Assembly: GCF_000315625.1 (NCBI RefSeq)
Contig: NW_005434658.1
Coordinates: 339,139 to 403,138, forward strand
Length of the DNA stretch: 64,000 bases
From: Guillardia theta CCMP2712
Lineage: Eukaryota > Protista > Cryptophyta
Direction: 5' to 3'
The notes beneath the pieces are model-generated. The model saw only the letters and a list, made by a program, of their open reading frames with translations. It made no database searches and had not been told where the DNA came from. Below, in pieces: positions 11,461 through 23,399 of this stretch. The stretch's first letter is position 1. Every line of letters begins with the position of its first letter. A program made the position numbers and the translations under genes.

Positions 11461-14400
11461 CTAAGACTTCTGTAAATGAGACCGGAACAGCGCGATGACA
11501 GGGGACAGCAGCGGGAGGAAGATGTAGCGGAGGAAGTGGATGGAGACGGTGAAGCTGAGCAGCGGGTGGGCGATCGAATTCTTGGATGAAGCGAGCTGTC
11601 TGTTCCAAGAGGCTCTGAACCACCTCGGCGCTCTCGATGCCCTTTGGAGGAGCCAATCCTCCCCTGCGAGCCTGGGGAGGCCACTGCCCTCCGAACTGCA
11701 TCGCATTCTCATCCTCGTTCCAGCCGAAGTTCTGCTGCATTCCTCGTCGCATGTCGTTGATGGGGTTCGGTAGCCGTCGCGGCACGCCGGGATCCCTCTG
11801 ACCATACATCGGCTCCGGCTCCTCGAGGCTCTCCCACCCACGATCCATCTCTCCTGCATAGTGGTTCATGTGGTTGTGCTCGTACCCGGGAGGCCCGTCG
11901 TGCTCGGGCTCGCTGTCCGTCACCGACGGCCTCCTGCGCATCTCCCTGATGATGTCTCGTCGATCGTTGAACTTGTTCTGCTCGCCTTGGTCGCTGGTCT
12001 CCGCCTGCACTGCGGTCGAGCCTCTTCTTGACCCTCGCCTGAACCTCTCGGGAGGAGGGAGAAGCTGAGGCTCGCTCAGGTTCTCCCCCATGGCATACAC
12101 GTTGGGCGGCTGTAAGGGCATGGCAGCGCTTGCAACCCTGCTGAAAGGAGCACGCGCAATACTCCCGACGGGAGACGTGGGTCTCGACGGACCCCGGGAG
12201 GGAAAGCGAATAGAGCCCATAGGCGACTCTCCTCGTCGAGGGAGGTAGGGCTGCCTGTTCATCATCATGTTCTCCTCCTCTTGAGCCTGACGTGCTGCGC
12301 TCACAGTCTCAATGCCCGCAGACATGGAGGCGACGTAGTGCTCCTTGTGGAGCAGCGAGATGTCGCTCTTCCTGAGCCCATGAATCTTCAGCTTCAGGTT
12401 GATGATGGCGATGAGCAGTAGACTGAAGCAAAATACGTCGAGGCGAGCCCACAAGTCAAACACCCCAAGATCTCGGATTTCTCTTCCGATCTGGAAAAAG
12501 AAGATGTAGGAGGTGTACGCCAACACCCACAAAAGCATAAAGGTCACCATAATGTCTCCCTGTTTCGACTTGAATCCTGAGTACGAGTCCATGAGGAGAT
12601 GTCGTATCCTACACCACAACACAAGATCGTCGTGCTTCTGCAGGTTGAGGAACTGAAGAAACTCCCTCCGTCCTCGGTACTCGGGCATCTTCCTCTGTGC
12701 ACGTAGCCACCTCGCTCGGTATCGTAGGAAAGGCTCTGCCTGCGTTGTAGCACGGAACAAGACTAATTTGTAGTAGAAACTCAAGTCATTGTAGAAACCA
12801 ACGGAAGTGATGAAGAGAAGACGGTAAGTCAAGTAACCTGAGACTGCCGCCGCAGGGATGGAAACCAGGGCGTGTGCCCAAGAGTGCCCACCGCAGAGCA
12901 GATAGAACATCTCGGTATAGAATTGATCCCACGTCTCATGGGGAGAGAAACACTTTGCGGTCGGTTTCTCGGTTCGAGATGCGTACATGAACAACCTGTG
13001 AAGCATCGGAGTAACTCCGTGGGCTAATCCTGCAAAGGCCGCAGCCGTCTGGCTCCACCAGCTGAACTTGTTCTTGAACAGGACATCTGCTATAGCTCCG
13101 ATCTGGTCCACCGCGTGTCCTTCGGGCGTGTGAGCCCTGAAGGCAAAAACAGCATGCAGCTCGTTCTGTCTAACCTCAGAGCTCAAATGCATATTCAGAC
13201 GTCGCAACACAAGCTTGGGATGTTCATAGCCGGAAATGGTTGCAATGTACGTCCCGATAATGATGTACATGGTGAAAGGAGACAAGACTTCCATGATTGA
13301 AATAGAGTCCATCTCAGAATGAAACATGAAGAACACGAGTAACGAAAACACAGAAGGCACCCACAGGGTCATAAGGTAATGCTGAAACGAATCGAAGGAG
13401 GTGTGTGGTTCAGGTAACCATTGAGATTCCGTGAGAATGTCGTAAAACGAAGCCTCCTCGTCGTCATCAGTTTGCATCCAATCCAGGACTTTACACAGGG
13501 GGAATGATATGGGTGCCAGAGCGTCCGAGAATAGCGTCAGCCAAAATTTGTTCCACGAAAAATGATTCTGAACACGCTCCATCCCAAAAAGCTTCCCTAT
13601 CTTGCGATATTCATCGGCTCGCTGCTCCAAAATCTCCTCCATCTCGGCTTCTTCATGACTCAGGCACCGTGCAAACGCCAGAACAAAGTCTTTGCCTGAG
13701 ATAGGAGTGTCTTCCTCTGCAACCATTCCACGCTCCATCTGCCATGTTTGCAGCTCTTGTACCAGGTTGTTGATGAACTCTGTCCCACTGTCATCGGACG
13801 CCCAGGATGCGATGTCGCGCAGATCCGTGAGAGTAATGATTCCGTTGCCATCTGCATCGATCAGTCTGAAGGCATCAGTGACTGCTCGTATTTGATCGGA
13901 CAATGTGGTGCATGGCGCAAATGGGGTGTCACAAACTGGACACATGAAAGCAAACTGCAAGAGCTCCTTCTCCTCTTCGTCACAGTCGAGATCAAGTGCC
14001 TTCAGGAGACCTCCAAGCTGTTCAGGTCCTGCAAAGGAATGTTTCGCAAGGAAGCGAGTAATTCTCGGTGCTGGATCTTCTTTCTTCTTTGTGAAGTCCC
14101 CAAAGCTCCGCAAGCGAGCCAAAACTGCATCAAAATGTTCCCGTGTCGGCGACAGCAATCCGCCAGTTTTTTCGATTTCTTCATGTGCAACTACCGGAAC
14201 ATTGCGGTTCGACATCCTTCGTCGCCTAATATGGGAAGATTCGTTAAAAGAGCCACTGTCAAATTCAACAGGACGAGGACTTCGTGACGAATCTCTCTCA
14301 TTTTCACTTCCAAAGTCACCATCAGAGGCCTTGGCAAAAGTGGAACGAGACGTGTCATACGAGCTTCGCTTGTATGCTTCAGGTTCAGCAGGTTCACCAG

Positions 14401-14968
14401 TGCCCTCCTTGACGATCCTTTCTCTGAAGGCTCTTCGTCGCATTTCCACAGGATCGACAGGCCTCGATTCGAAATGCGATTCATCTCTGGACTGATTTTC
14501 CGACATTCGCCTACCTGAACGTGAAAAAATCGCAGCATCTGTCTCCTTCAACGTTTCGAAGGAGCTATGCACTTCTGCCTGCTTTGCGATTCGCCTGCGG
14601 AACATGGCTTTCTTCTGTGCAGCAGCATCATCAGCGGACTGATCTTCGTCCTCTTGCCTTTCGCCGAACGGACTGTCGTTTTCCATGTACCCGGCATTCG
14701 CAGGCTGCCAGGGCATGTCATCATTGAACCTTGTCTGGATGTTTGGCCCTGAAAATTTCTTGAAGCCCTTTTCTAGTTCAACTTCAAAGGATGACTTCTG
14801 CTGTGTGTTCTTCAACATCTTGTCCCTCCACTGATGTGGCACGTTGCCTCCACTTTCATGGTCGACTCCGTTGGGATCGTTCGCCTCTTCGTCCCCTTCA
14901 AAGTCGTCCGGACTGGAGGTGGCATCTGGTTCTCTGCTATGGTTTCCATTCTCTTCGCATTCATTCAT
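11461..14968 (-). CDS. EF-hand plus PHTF-like polytopic membrane protein; intronless, apparent frameshift near 11570
   Basis: 1182-aa ORF; EF loop DADGNGIITLTD; TM region with HGVTPMLHRL, LNLQKHDDLVLWCRIRHLL, DISLLHKE and LLEQTARFIQEFDRP parallels PHTF; last hydrophobic segment is in the +1 frame, ending at TAG 11461. Confidence 0.75.
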
Positions 14969-15262
14969 CTTGCTTGTACCAATCGATTCTCACAACAAGC
15001 GCAACCAAATTCGATTCAGTTTCAAGTATGAAAGGCAGGTTCTCGAATGCAGCTGCAGCTTACATTCCCGGTCATATGAATACACCCCGCATGGGATCAA
15101 ACTGGTTATGATCTGTAGATAAAGCAAAGGTATCAGAGAAAGCCGATACAACGGCAAAAGAAAACGCGCTGAAAACTATTTGAGCTGAAAGAATATTAAA
15201 AACCTAGTTTTGGAATCCATCGTGCAGGTTTCGGAGGGAAAGAATGCATGCCAAACATGAGG

Positions 15263-15303
15263 ATCAGCATCAGCATCAGCATCAGCATCAGCATCAGAAT
15301 CAG
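15263..15303. repeat. (ATCAGC)n microsatellite
   Basis: About six tandem hexamers. Confidence 0.9.
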
Positions 15304-15919
15304 CTATCATGCAACAGGGAGGGATGTATGTATGTTCTAATTTCAACGACAAAAACACAGCGCTGTTGACCAGTGACGGACAGTAAGACATGGCGGGAGA
15401 AATCAGAAGTGCGAATCTGGACTACATGTAGACAGAAGCTAAGGGATGGAGAGATGAGATGAAAGACGACTAGAGGGCAGATGAAGGTTATGACGTTCGA
15501 GAACAGAGGAGAAAAGCGTTGAGGCGACCGGCGCAGTGAAAAGACATGATCAGGGCCAGCTGTGAGGCAGGGGAAGCGAGAGGAGAGGAGAGGAAGGAGG
15601 ATAACAGCTGATGGATGCGAGTCAGTCTGATAGATGGCTGACGATGGAGGAGGGGAAGAGGAGAGGGAGAGAGGGTGGAAGAGGAGAGGGAGAGGAGAGG
15701 GAGAGAGAGGGGAAGAGGAGGGGAAGAGGAGGGGAAGAGGAGAGGAAGAGGCGGGGAAGAGGAGGGGAAGAGGAGAGGAAGAGAGAGAGGAAGAGGAGGG
15801 GAAGAAGAGGGGAAGATGGGGGAAAGAGGAGAGGAGGAGGCGGGGAAGAGGAGAGGGAGAGGAGTAAGAGAGGCAGGCAGCAGGGTGAGTGTGACTGTGC
15901 ATGATACTTTTAGCCGCGG

Positions 15920-16230
15920 CAATTAAAAATTGTTTTTCTCAAACACTGATTTGGTCGATTGCAATTTTATAAATTCGATTATATTTCAATACTGAAAATA
16001 CTAATTATATTTAAAATCATATGCAAATTTTAGTATGAAAGTTTGTATCTTGGGCCAGCTTTTCATACAAAATATTTGGTTTTTAAAAACAATTCATAAG
16101 TACAAAATAAATTATTAAACTACCATTGACGCAAAAATCCATACAAGAATCTTTCTCCCGTAGATATGGTATTCTAAAGATATAATGCTAAATACTTCTA
16201 AAATACTCGCTATATATATATATATATCGC
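15920..16230. promoter_or_regulatory. AT-rich island with (TA)n between divergent genes; putative bidirectional promoter
   Basis: Abrupt AT-rich block in GC-rich surroundings between starts at 14968(-) and 16323(+). Confidence 0.5.
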
Positions 16231-16322
16231 TTCACTGAGGGGGACTTGCTCATCAACTTTCGATCCACATCCCCTCACTGACCATTCTGTCCGAGCGAAC
16301 GTCAGAGCGCACGTGCGCTGCC

Positions 16323-19035
16323 ATGGGGTCGTTGAGGAAGCGGAGGAAAGAGGAGGAGAAGCGGGAGGAGCGGGAGGAGGAGGAGCGGGAGGAGGAGGAG
16401 CGGGAGGAGGAGGAGCGGGAGGAGGAGGAGAGGGAGGAGGAGGAGAGGGAGGAGGAGGAGGAAGGAGATATGGAGGAGCCTTCGTCCCAAGACCACATTC
16501 AGTCTGAAGGTGCCGCACAAAGGGACAGCGATGATGATGCTGGCAGTGGGCAAATTCAGCTGTTTGCTTCCTTGACCAGGCCGAAGGGACAAAACTCAGC
16601 AGTGAGTAATCGAGACAAGTCCAAGGCAAAATCTCTCAACATGAGGACTGTCAAATCAGAACAGCTAGATGCGAGAAAGCAGCAGGCTCGCACAGACGCG
16701 GCGGGGAACAAGAAGAGCATCGTGATGAATGAAGCAGAGGAGCGAGAGTTCTCTTCTTTGGGCATTGAGAACTGGCTGGTCGCTGCTTGCAACGCTGTTG
16801 GACTGAAACGGCCAACAGACGTGCAATGGAATTGTATCCCTCCTGCACTGGCAGGAAGGAATATTCTTGCTTCCGCCGAGACCGGAAGCGGCAAGACAGC
16901 CGCATTCGCCCTCCCCATCATCCAGCAGCTTTCTAAGGACCCTTACGGGGTGTTTGCCGTCGTCTTGACGCCAACGAGAGAGCTTGCGTTTCAGATCCAG
17001 GATCAGTTTGTAGCGCTCGGTTCCAGGATACAGCTGAGGAATTGTGTGGTCGTTGGAGGTCTGGACATGATGAAGCAGGCGGTAGAGCTGTGCAAGCGAC
17101 CGCACGTGGTGATAGCAACGCCAGGGAGGTTGTCCGATCACATCAACAGCTCGTCTGGCGTGAAGGTGACGCGCATGACAGCTGTCTTGACCCCTCTGAC
17201 GTCGGGCTGCAGGAGGCTCTCGCAAGGACACGGGTGGTAGTTCTCGACGAGGCGGACAGGTGTGCAAGAGATCGTACGGAGTGTCGTACAGGATCTGAGA
17301 GATCATGCAGACTGCTGGAAGATTGCTTCGAAACCGAGTTGGCCAACATCCTCGACGCTCTGGTGGAGCTTGTCTTTTGCTGCGTCGTCGTTGTTTGACT
17401 GGGCTGCAAACAGCCCAAGAATCGCTCTACCTACCTGTTTTCTGCAACAATCACAGCGAGCATAGAGGAGCTGAAGCATCTCGGTGCTATGAAGGTGGTA
17501 GACCTTTCTTCTCTTTCCCTATCTCATTCCCTTCCCGTGTCAGAATTGCTTTGAGTACGAGGCCGACAATCCTAAGACGACTGTTCGGACAGTCCGTGAG
17601 ATGGTGTGCAACCTTGTTTTCCTTTTGTTTTGAGAGGGAATGTGCAAGATTTAGAAGGGTTGACACGTGCTCTCAGTACCTGCACATGCCAAAGATGGTC
17701 AAAGATGTATACTTGGTGCACTTGGTGAGGAACAGCGAAGCCAAGGCCATGATCATCTTTGTCGGGAGAAAGACGACCTGCGTGTTTGTCCAGCTGCTTC
17801 TAGAGGTAAAGCTGCTAGAAGTCTGCTGGGGATGCTCACTGGATGATGGGAAGGAACTGAAAGAAGAAGTTTGTTCGATCCACTCTGGTTTGAAGCAGGT
17901 GAGGATATCCCCTGCTCCTGCCTTGTTGTCCTCCTCAATTCCCGGCAGAACCGGCGTCTAGCAGCCCTGGATCGGTTCAAGGGAGGGAGGTGCCGCATCC
18001 TCGTAGCCACGGTCAGTCTGCATAACGATGATGCGATGGGGTAGAGGGAAGGGAAGTCATGGAGCACATTGATGATACACCAAAATCAAACACTAAGACA
18101 TGCAACTGATCGCGAGCTGATGATACGTTCATCTGAGACTCTTGTTGTCTGCTCCTCACGATTTTATCCCTCCTGTTACCTTCTGACCACGTACTCCTAT
18201 TTTCCCTTTAGGATGTTGCGAGCAGAGGGCTGGACATTCCCAAAGTGGACTTGGTTCGCCCCTCCGATTCCAAGCGCAAGCTGCCTGCCTGATGATATTC
18301 TTTTTCTCTAGGTTATCAACTACGACATTCCAAATGACGCAAAAGATTACATTCATCGGGTGACAACTCCTCCTGCTCCTGCTCCTCCTCCTCCTCCTCC
18401 TCCTCCTCCTCCTCCTGCTCCTCGTCTCTGCCTACCTGACGTTTCCGACAGGTCGGACGTACAGCTCGTGCAGGGCGGACGGGAACAGCAGTCTCCCTCG
18501 TCACCCAGTACGACGTGAGCCCGCCTGCTCCTCTCCTGCATCCTCCCCGCCCCGAGTGACTTGGCCTTGAAGGTGGAGCTGGTCCACAACATCGAGGCAG
18601 AGACGGAGAAGAAGCTGGAGGACTTTGGGCTGAAGGAGGAGGAAGTTCTTGAGAGCATGTCGGAGGTAAGCGCCGGTGATCTCAGTCTGCAAGGAGCTGC
18701 TGACTGCCCCCACCCCTCAAGGTCATGAAAGCGAAGAGGCTGGCCCGAGTTCAGATGCTGGAGCTCGACTCGGAGGGTCAGGATGACAAGAGAAGGTGAG
18801 TCTGAGCGGAGGAGATAACCGGAGCTAGGGGGAAAGAGGCGGGTAGATCTCTGGAAGGACAAGGTGGAGGAGGGTGAAGTGGAGGAAAGGGCCTGTCGTT
18901 GTGCGAGGAAGAGAGGGAAGGAGAGAGAGAGAGGAGGGGATTAGGGATGATCATGGAGGCATTCATGAGGCTCGGAGGTGACTGCCTGGCAGGAGGGGAC
19001 TAAAACGCAAGCTCACGACGGAGAAGAAGAATTAG
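16323..19035 (+). CDS. DBP8: DEAD-box RNA helicase DBP8/DDX49, multi-exon
   Basis: Q motif PTDVQ, AETGSGKTAAF, LSKDPYGVFAVVLTPTRELAFQI, ATPGRL, DEAD, FSAT, DVASRGLDIP, VGRTARAGR; TAG 19033-19035. Confidence 0.93.
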
Positions 19036-20081
19036 GACATGCTTCAAGCAGCCACAGCCTGTCTGGCACGTTCAACACCTTCCATGTATATGTTGTACAA
19101 CTTTCAACCTGTACTAGTATAAGTGAATGTCAGTAGAGATCACATGACAGTGATAGTGACCGGCATGGCCTGACGTACCGTCACTGTACCGGCGGCGCGG
19201 CGGCCCCGTCCGTGCCGCACTGCGGCAGTGCCGGGCGCCCGGGTCCCGGCGTCGAGACCGTCCGGATCCGGCGAGTCAAAGGCTTGCTCTTTCAAGTTTG
19301 CGGCTGTGCCCTGGCCGCAGATAGTCATCCGACTGTCACGCGGCTTTTCTAGTTTCTCTCAGAGTCTCACCGTGTGGCCTGGCCAGTGTGTGTGCGACAG
19401 TCCGATCACTGTCAGGGTCGGGTTATTACTAAGTTAGTCCAGGCCCGCTCCTGATTGTCCTCCCGAGTCCGATATGATACTCCGTCACAGGGCCGGGAGC
19501 CGGCCGAGCCGCTGTGACGGTCAGCCCGGCCCGGCGCACACGACATCACTGAGATATGATTCTGAGGCGGGCTCTTGATGGACTCTCAAGGACCTTCCGG
19601 CTCCGGAGGTGACCTCCTACCCTTACCACACAGCTAAAACATATTATAGCACACCTCGTGACCTTCCCTCAAACGTTGTTTGTTCGCGAAGTATCGTTTG
19701 CGAAAAGATTTCAGTTCGAGCCGGTCAGCTCCGCCCCGCACGCTACCATCACGCCCTCCCACCTTGAGCTACTAATACTTCTCCCTACCCCTCGCCTCCC
19801 ACGCTCTCCCCGCCCCTTCAGGTGCCTCCTCCTCAAGCTCACGTGCCAGTGACGATACCAACTTCTCTTCCTCCCTTGACTTTTCTTATTGTCTTGCTTC
19901 TTTCTCCTGCCGACTGTTCTTCTTTCTCCTGCCGACTGTCGCTGCGAGCCTCTCCTACCTGCCTCGATCAACTTGGCAGTATACAGTCTTGACAGCGTGT
20001 CGAAGATCCACGAACAGGACTAATTGATCACCTATCTCCAGTATCAACTTTATTTTTCAGCAGATCGTGAAACTAGCCAGC

Positions 20082-20822
20082 ATGTCCATTTCTATGCAGC
20101 ACGAAATCAACTTCGCATCACAAAGTGCACACAGCAATGCCAGTAATGTTGAAACTCCTGAAACAACTGTTACTATCAACGCACGATCCCGCCATGGCCT
20201 CCTCCGTAAAATTAAGTCCGTCCAGATCGACCTCAACCTCCTGTCCTCCATGTTTCACATGCGTCAAGACAACGCCGCTCGCTCCCTGGTGAGTCCTCGC
20301 CTGCTCCTCTCGCGCACACAACCTTGTACTGACGGGCATGCGCAGGGAGTGTCGCTGACCAGCCTGAAGATCGCATGCAGGAGGCTGGGGCTGAGCCGCT
20401 GGCCTTACAACGGGGGAGTGCGGGCGGAAGGGAGCGGGAGCGGAAGGGGGGAGGGCAGCACAGGAGAAGGGGGTGCGGGGAGGAGGGAGGAGGAGGCCGT
20501 TGAGGACGAGGAGGAAGGAGGGGAGGAAGAGGCGAGTGAGGGTGAGATTTCCGAAGGATCGAATGAATCAGAAGCTAGCCTGCAGAAACCTGAGATGAAG
20601 GTGGAAACGTGCGAAGAGTATGCGGACCTTGGGCCTGCTCCCTCCAAACTGGATTCGTCCCCCGTTGCAAAATTATCAGATACAAGGGCAGATGTCGTTG
20701 TTGGACAGGTTGCAGAAGAGATGGTCACGGAAGATTTCAAGTACGACTTTGGTGATGTGAGCATCAGTGATATGCGATGGTTGGGTTGTTTCTTGCGAAG
20801 TGATGATTCTAGTCCAATATAG
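20082..20822 (+). CDS. RWP-RK domain transcription factor, copy 1; intron 20289-20345
   Basis: Spliced IDLNLLSSMFHMRQDNAARSL/GVSLTSLKIACRRLGLSRWPY. Confidence 0.88.
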   Translation: MSISMQHEINFASQSAHSNASNVETPETTVTINARSRHGLLRKIKSVQIDLNLLSSMFHMRQDNAARSLVSPRLLLSRTQPCTDGHAQGVSLTSLKIACRRLGLSRWPYNGGVRAEGSGSGRGEGSTGEGGAGRREEEAVEDEEEGGEEEASEGEISEGSNESEASLQKPEMKVETCEEYADLGPAPSKLDSSPVAKLSDTRADVVVGQVAEEMVTEDFKYDFGDVSISDMRWLGCFLRSDDSSPI

Positions 20823-21967
20823 ACCATAAACAAACAATCAAGCCCGACCGGGTGTCTGTTGTTGTAGTGCACATTCTTCCGAGCGGGGCTGGGCTGTTGA
20901 TTATTCTAAATCTTCCCTGTTTGTACATTCACCTCGTATTGCACAGTTTTTGAATACAACACAACACTTGAACCATGCCGTACAGTCATTGACCATCATC
21001 AAGTTCTTCGAGTCATTATTACCAACGGATCGCTTTCTTGTTTGCCCGTCTGTGTTTTTCAAAATGCACCGAACCAACCACGGGCAACACCGTGTCAAGT
21101 CGAATCTTCTACAGCCATCTGCAGCCATGCCCCGACTGTCCTAACCCCGTGACAATAGCATGACGCAGGGGTCAGCAGTCGCTAATTGATGAGCCCCCTG
21201 ACCCCTTCGGATATGTGTGGCCTCGTGATTATGAGTTATCCCGACGAATTGCTGACATAGAGTCTGTTTCCGAAGGCTCGAGAGCATACAATAGAAGGTC
21301 GTACCGTTGAGAGATATGTGTGGTAAAGACATCATGAGACCGGATGACCGTCAGCGGGGGCACGAGAATGGGCCGCCGGACTGACTCATGGGCAAGAGGA
21401 GTCGAAGCTTTCACGGCGGAACTCAATAAGGTGGGTACTATTCTGGAATAAAGGGGGGTAAGGGTCATAACGACCTTGACGGAGAGAACCTCCGAACAAG
21501 GTCGGCTAAAATAAGTTTTAATTATATTTTACTATTTGGTGCGGATCTGAGTCTGTTTTTTGGGTACAGACGGAGTTAGGGCCCGAACGGTGCGCTTTCT
21601 GCTGCATGGACCCCTCCCTTCAAAAGTCCATGCTCCCTCGTACCCATACTTGAGTACCCCTACATTCCTCGGATAAGTACCCGTTCTGGTGTGGGTATCC
21701 GGAGATAGGAGGACCCTACCCACAGACCTGATTTCCTTCCGCTCCTCTCCACATTGTTCACCTGGAGCTCCCTTCCTCCTCCTAAACGAAGAATTGCTCG
21801 TATTTTGATCCTCAAGGTCGCAAGCATCCGGATTCCTTCTGCTCTCAATCAGCTACAGCGTGTCATCCTCAACAAGAAGTGAGATCAAAGCACAGTTAAC
21901 GATTGCAAGAAACATTTCGGACGTCACACTGCGAGCATAAGCACTGCTAGAATACTGGTTCTCAAAG

Positions 21968-22618
21968 ATGGAAGCTGAGAGAGTTGTTACCATCAACGCA
22001 CGATCCCGCCATGGCCTCCTCCGTAAAATTAAGTCCGTCCAGATCGACCTCAACCTCCTGTCCTCCATGTTCCACATGCGTCAAGACAACGCCGCTCGCT
22101 CCCTGGTGAGTCCTCGCCTGCTCCTCTCGCGCACACAACCTTGTACTAACGGGCATGCTCAGGGAGTGTCGCTGACCAGCCTGAAGATCGCATGCAGGAG
22201 GCTGGGGCTGAGCCGCTGGCCTTACAACGGGGGAGTGCGGGCGGAAGGGAGCGGGAGCGGAAGGGGGGAGGGCAGCGCAGGAGAAGGGGGTGCGGGGAGG
22301 AGGGAGGAGGAGGCCGTGGAGGACGAGGAGGAAGGAGGGGAGGAAGACATCATCGAGGGTTGTTGCACAACAACAGATCATGACGGCAATGAATCCGATG
22401 ATGTTTCAGACCTGAGCGTCAAAACTGTCGATGCGACATCAGAAACTGTCTTGGGTCCTGTGTTAGGTGTGGCCTTAGAAGACCAAGACAGCAGTGTGAG
22501 CGATCATGGGAGCGATCATAGGTCTTCGAAGTACATGGACGTAGGAGATGTGCAAGTGAACGTTCAGTGGCTTGGTTGGTATATGAACTGTGACGATACT
22601 AGTCCCGTGTTTCAATAA
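21968..22618 (+). CDS. RWP-RK domain transcription factor, copy 2; intron 22106-22162
   Basis: Same spliced RWP-RK core as copy 1; start may lie further upstream. Confidence 0.88.
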   Translation: MEAERVVTINARSRHGLLRKIKSVQIDLNLLSSMFHMRQDNAARSLVSPRLLLSRTQPCTNGHAQGVSLTSLKIACRRLGLSRWPYNGGVRAEGSGSGRGEGSAGEGGAGRREEEAVEDEEEGGEEDIIEGCCTTTDHDGNESDDVSDLSVKTVDATSETVLGPVLGVALEDQDSSVSDHGSDHRSSKYMDVGDVQVNVQWLGWYMNCDDTSPVFQ

Positions 22619-23399
22619 ACTGCTTTTCGTGTTTTTCGGCAGATAGCAAGCATTTCAATTCCAACGTTGCAGGCTTGCTCCTTGGCTCAATCGTTCACTT
22701 GTTCTTGCCTGTGATCATCAACTGATGCGATCCCTCAACTTCCTGCCATCATCCGATCACTTCAACCGTCATTGTGGCACGATGGCAATCGACCGGCGGC
22801 GCCGGACATGCGGCAGCCTGGCCGCCCGGCGGCCCGGTGCTGACTCTGTGATCGGACTGTACGCCGTGCACACTGAGTTGATAGTACGGGCACGGTACGG
22901 TACGGTCCGATCGGATGATCAAGGATGAGGAGCCGGGAGTCTCGGCGTCACGCCCGGCGTCGGGCCGGGCCCGTCGGACGGCCCGGGCCGCCGCGGGCCG
23001 CGTGCCGTTCACTTTTAGCCCTTTCGTTAATTTCCACTCTTCTTTTCGAGAAAGTTTTTTTTGGGGTGGCGTGTGAATTCAAACAAGTTTTCAACGGCAG
23101 CAAGAGATACCTCCAAAGAGTACCAGTGCAGTTTAGTTATCATTTCTGCTAGGCCTTTACATGTATTTTAACTTTCATTTCAGAGGGTTGAAATGTTTTC
23201 AACATCGTACACGCCCGACTCATGTCTCCCCTACACGCCGGCACGTAGCACCAAACCTGCTCCTCCAACGATGCCGCTGTAAGACCATCCGCTGCTGTAG
23301 CCAGCATCAGATCTCAGCATGCAAGGCTTTGTTAGGTTTGAAGCTCTCTAGTCAGCACAGTTTGAGACCTGAGACCGCTAGGTTCGTGGTGATGCGTTC

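Noticed and set aside
15300-15926. Several 80-200 aa ORFs
   Set aside because: Translations of a polypurine tract lacking stop codons
21130-21850. Possible transposon between the RWP-RK copies
   Set aside because: No terminal repeats, target-site duplication or transposase/RT motifs seen; resembles other promoter-type intergenic DNA
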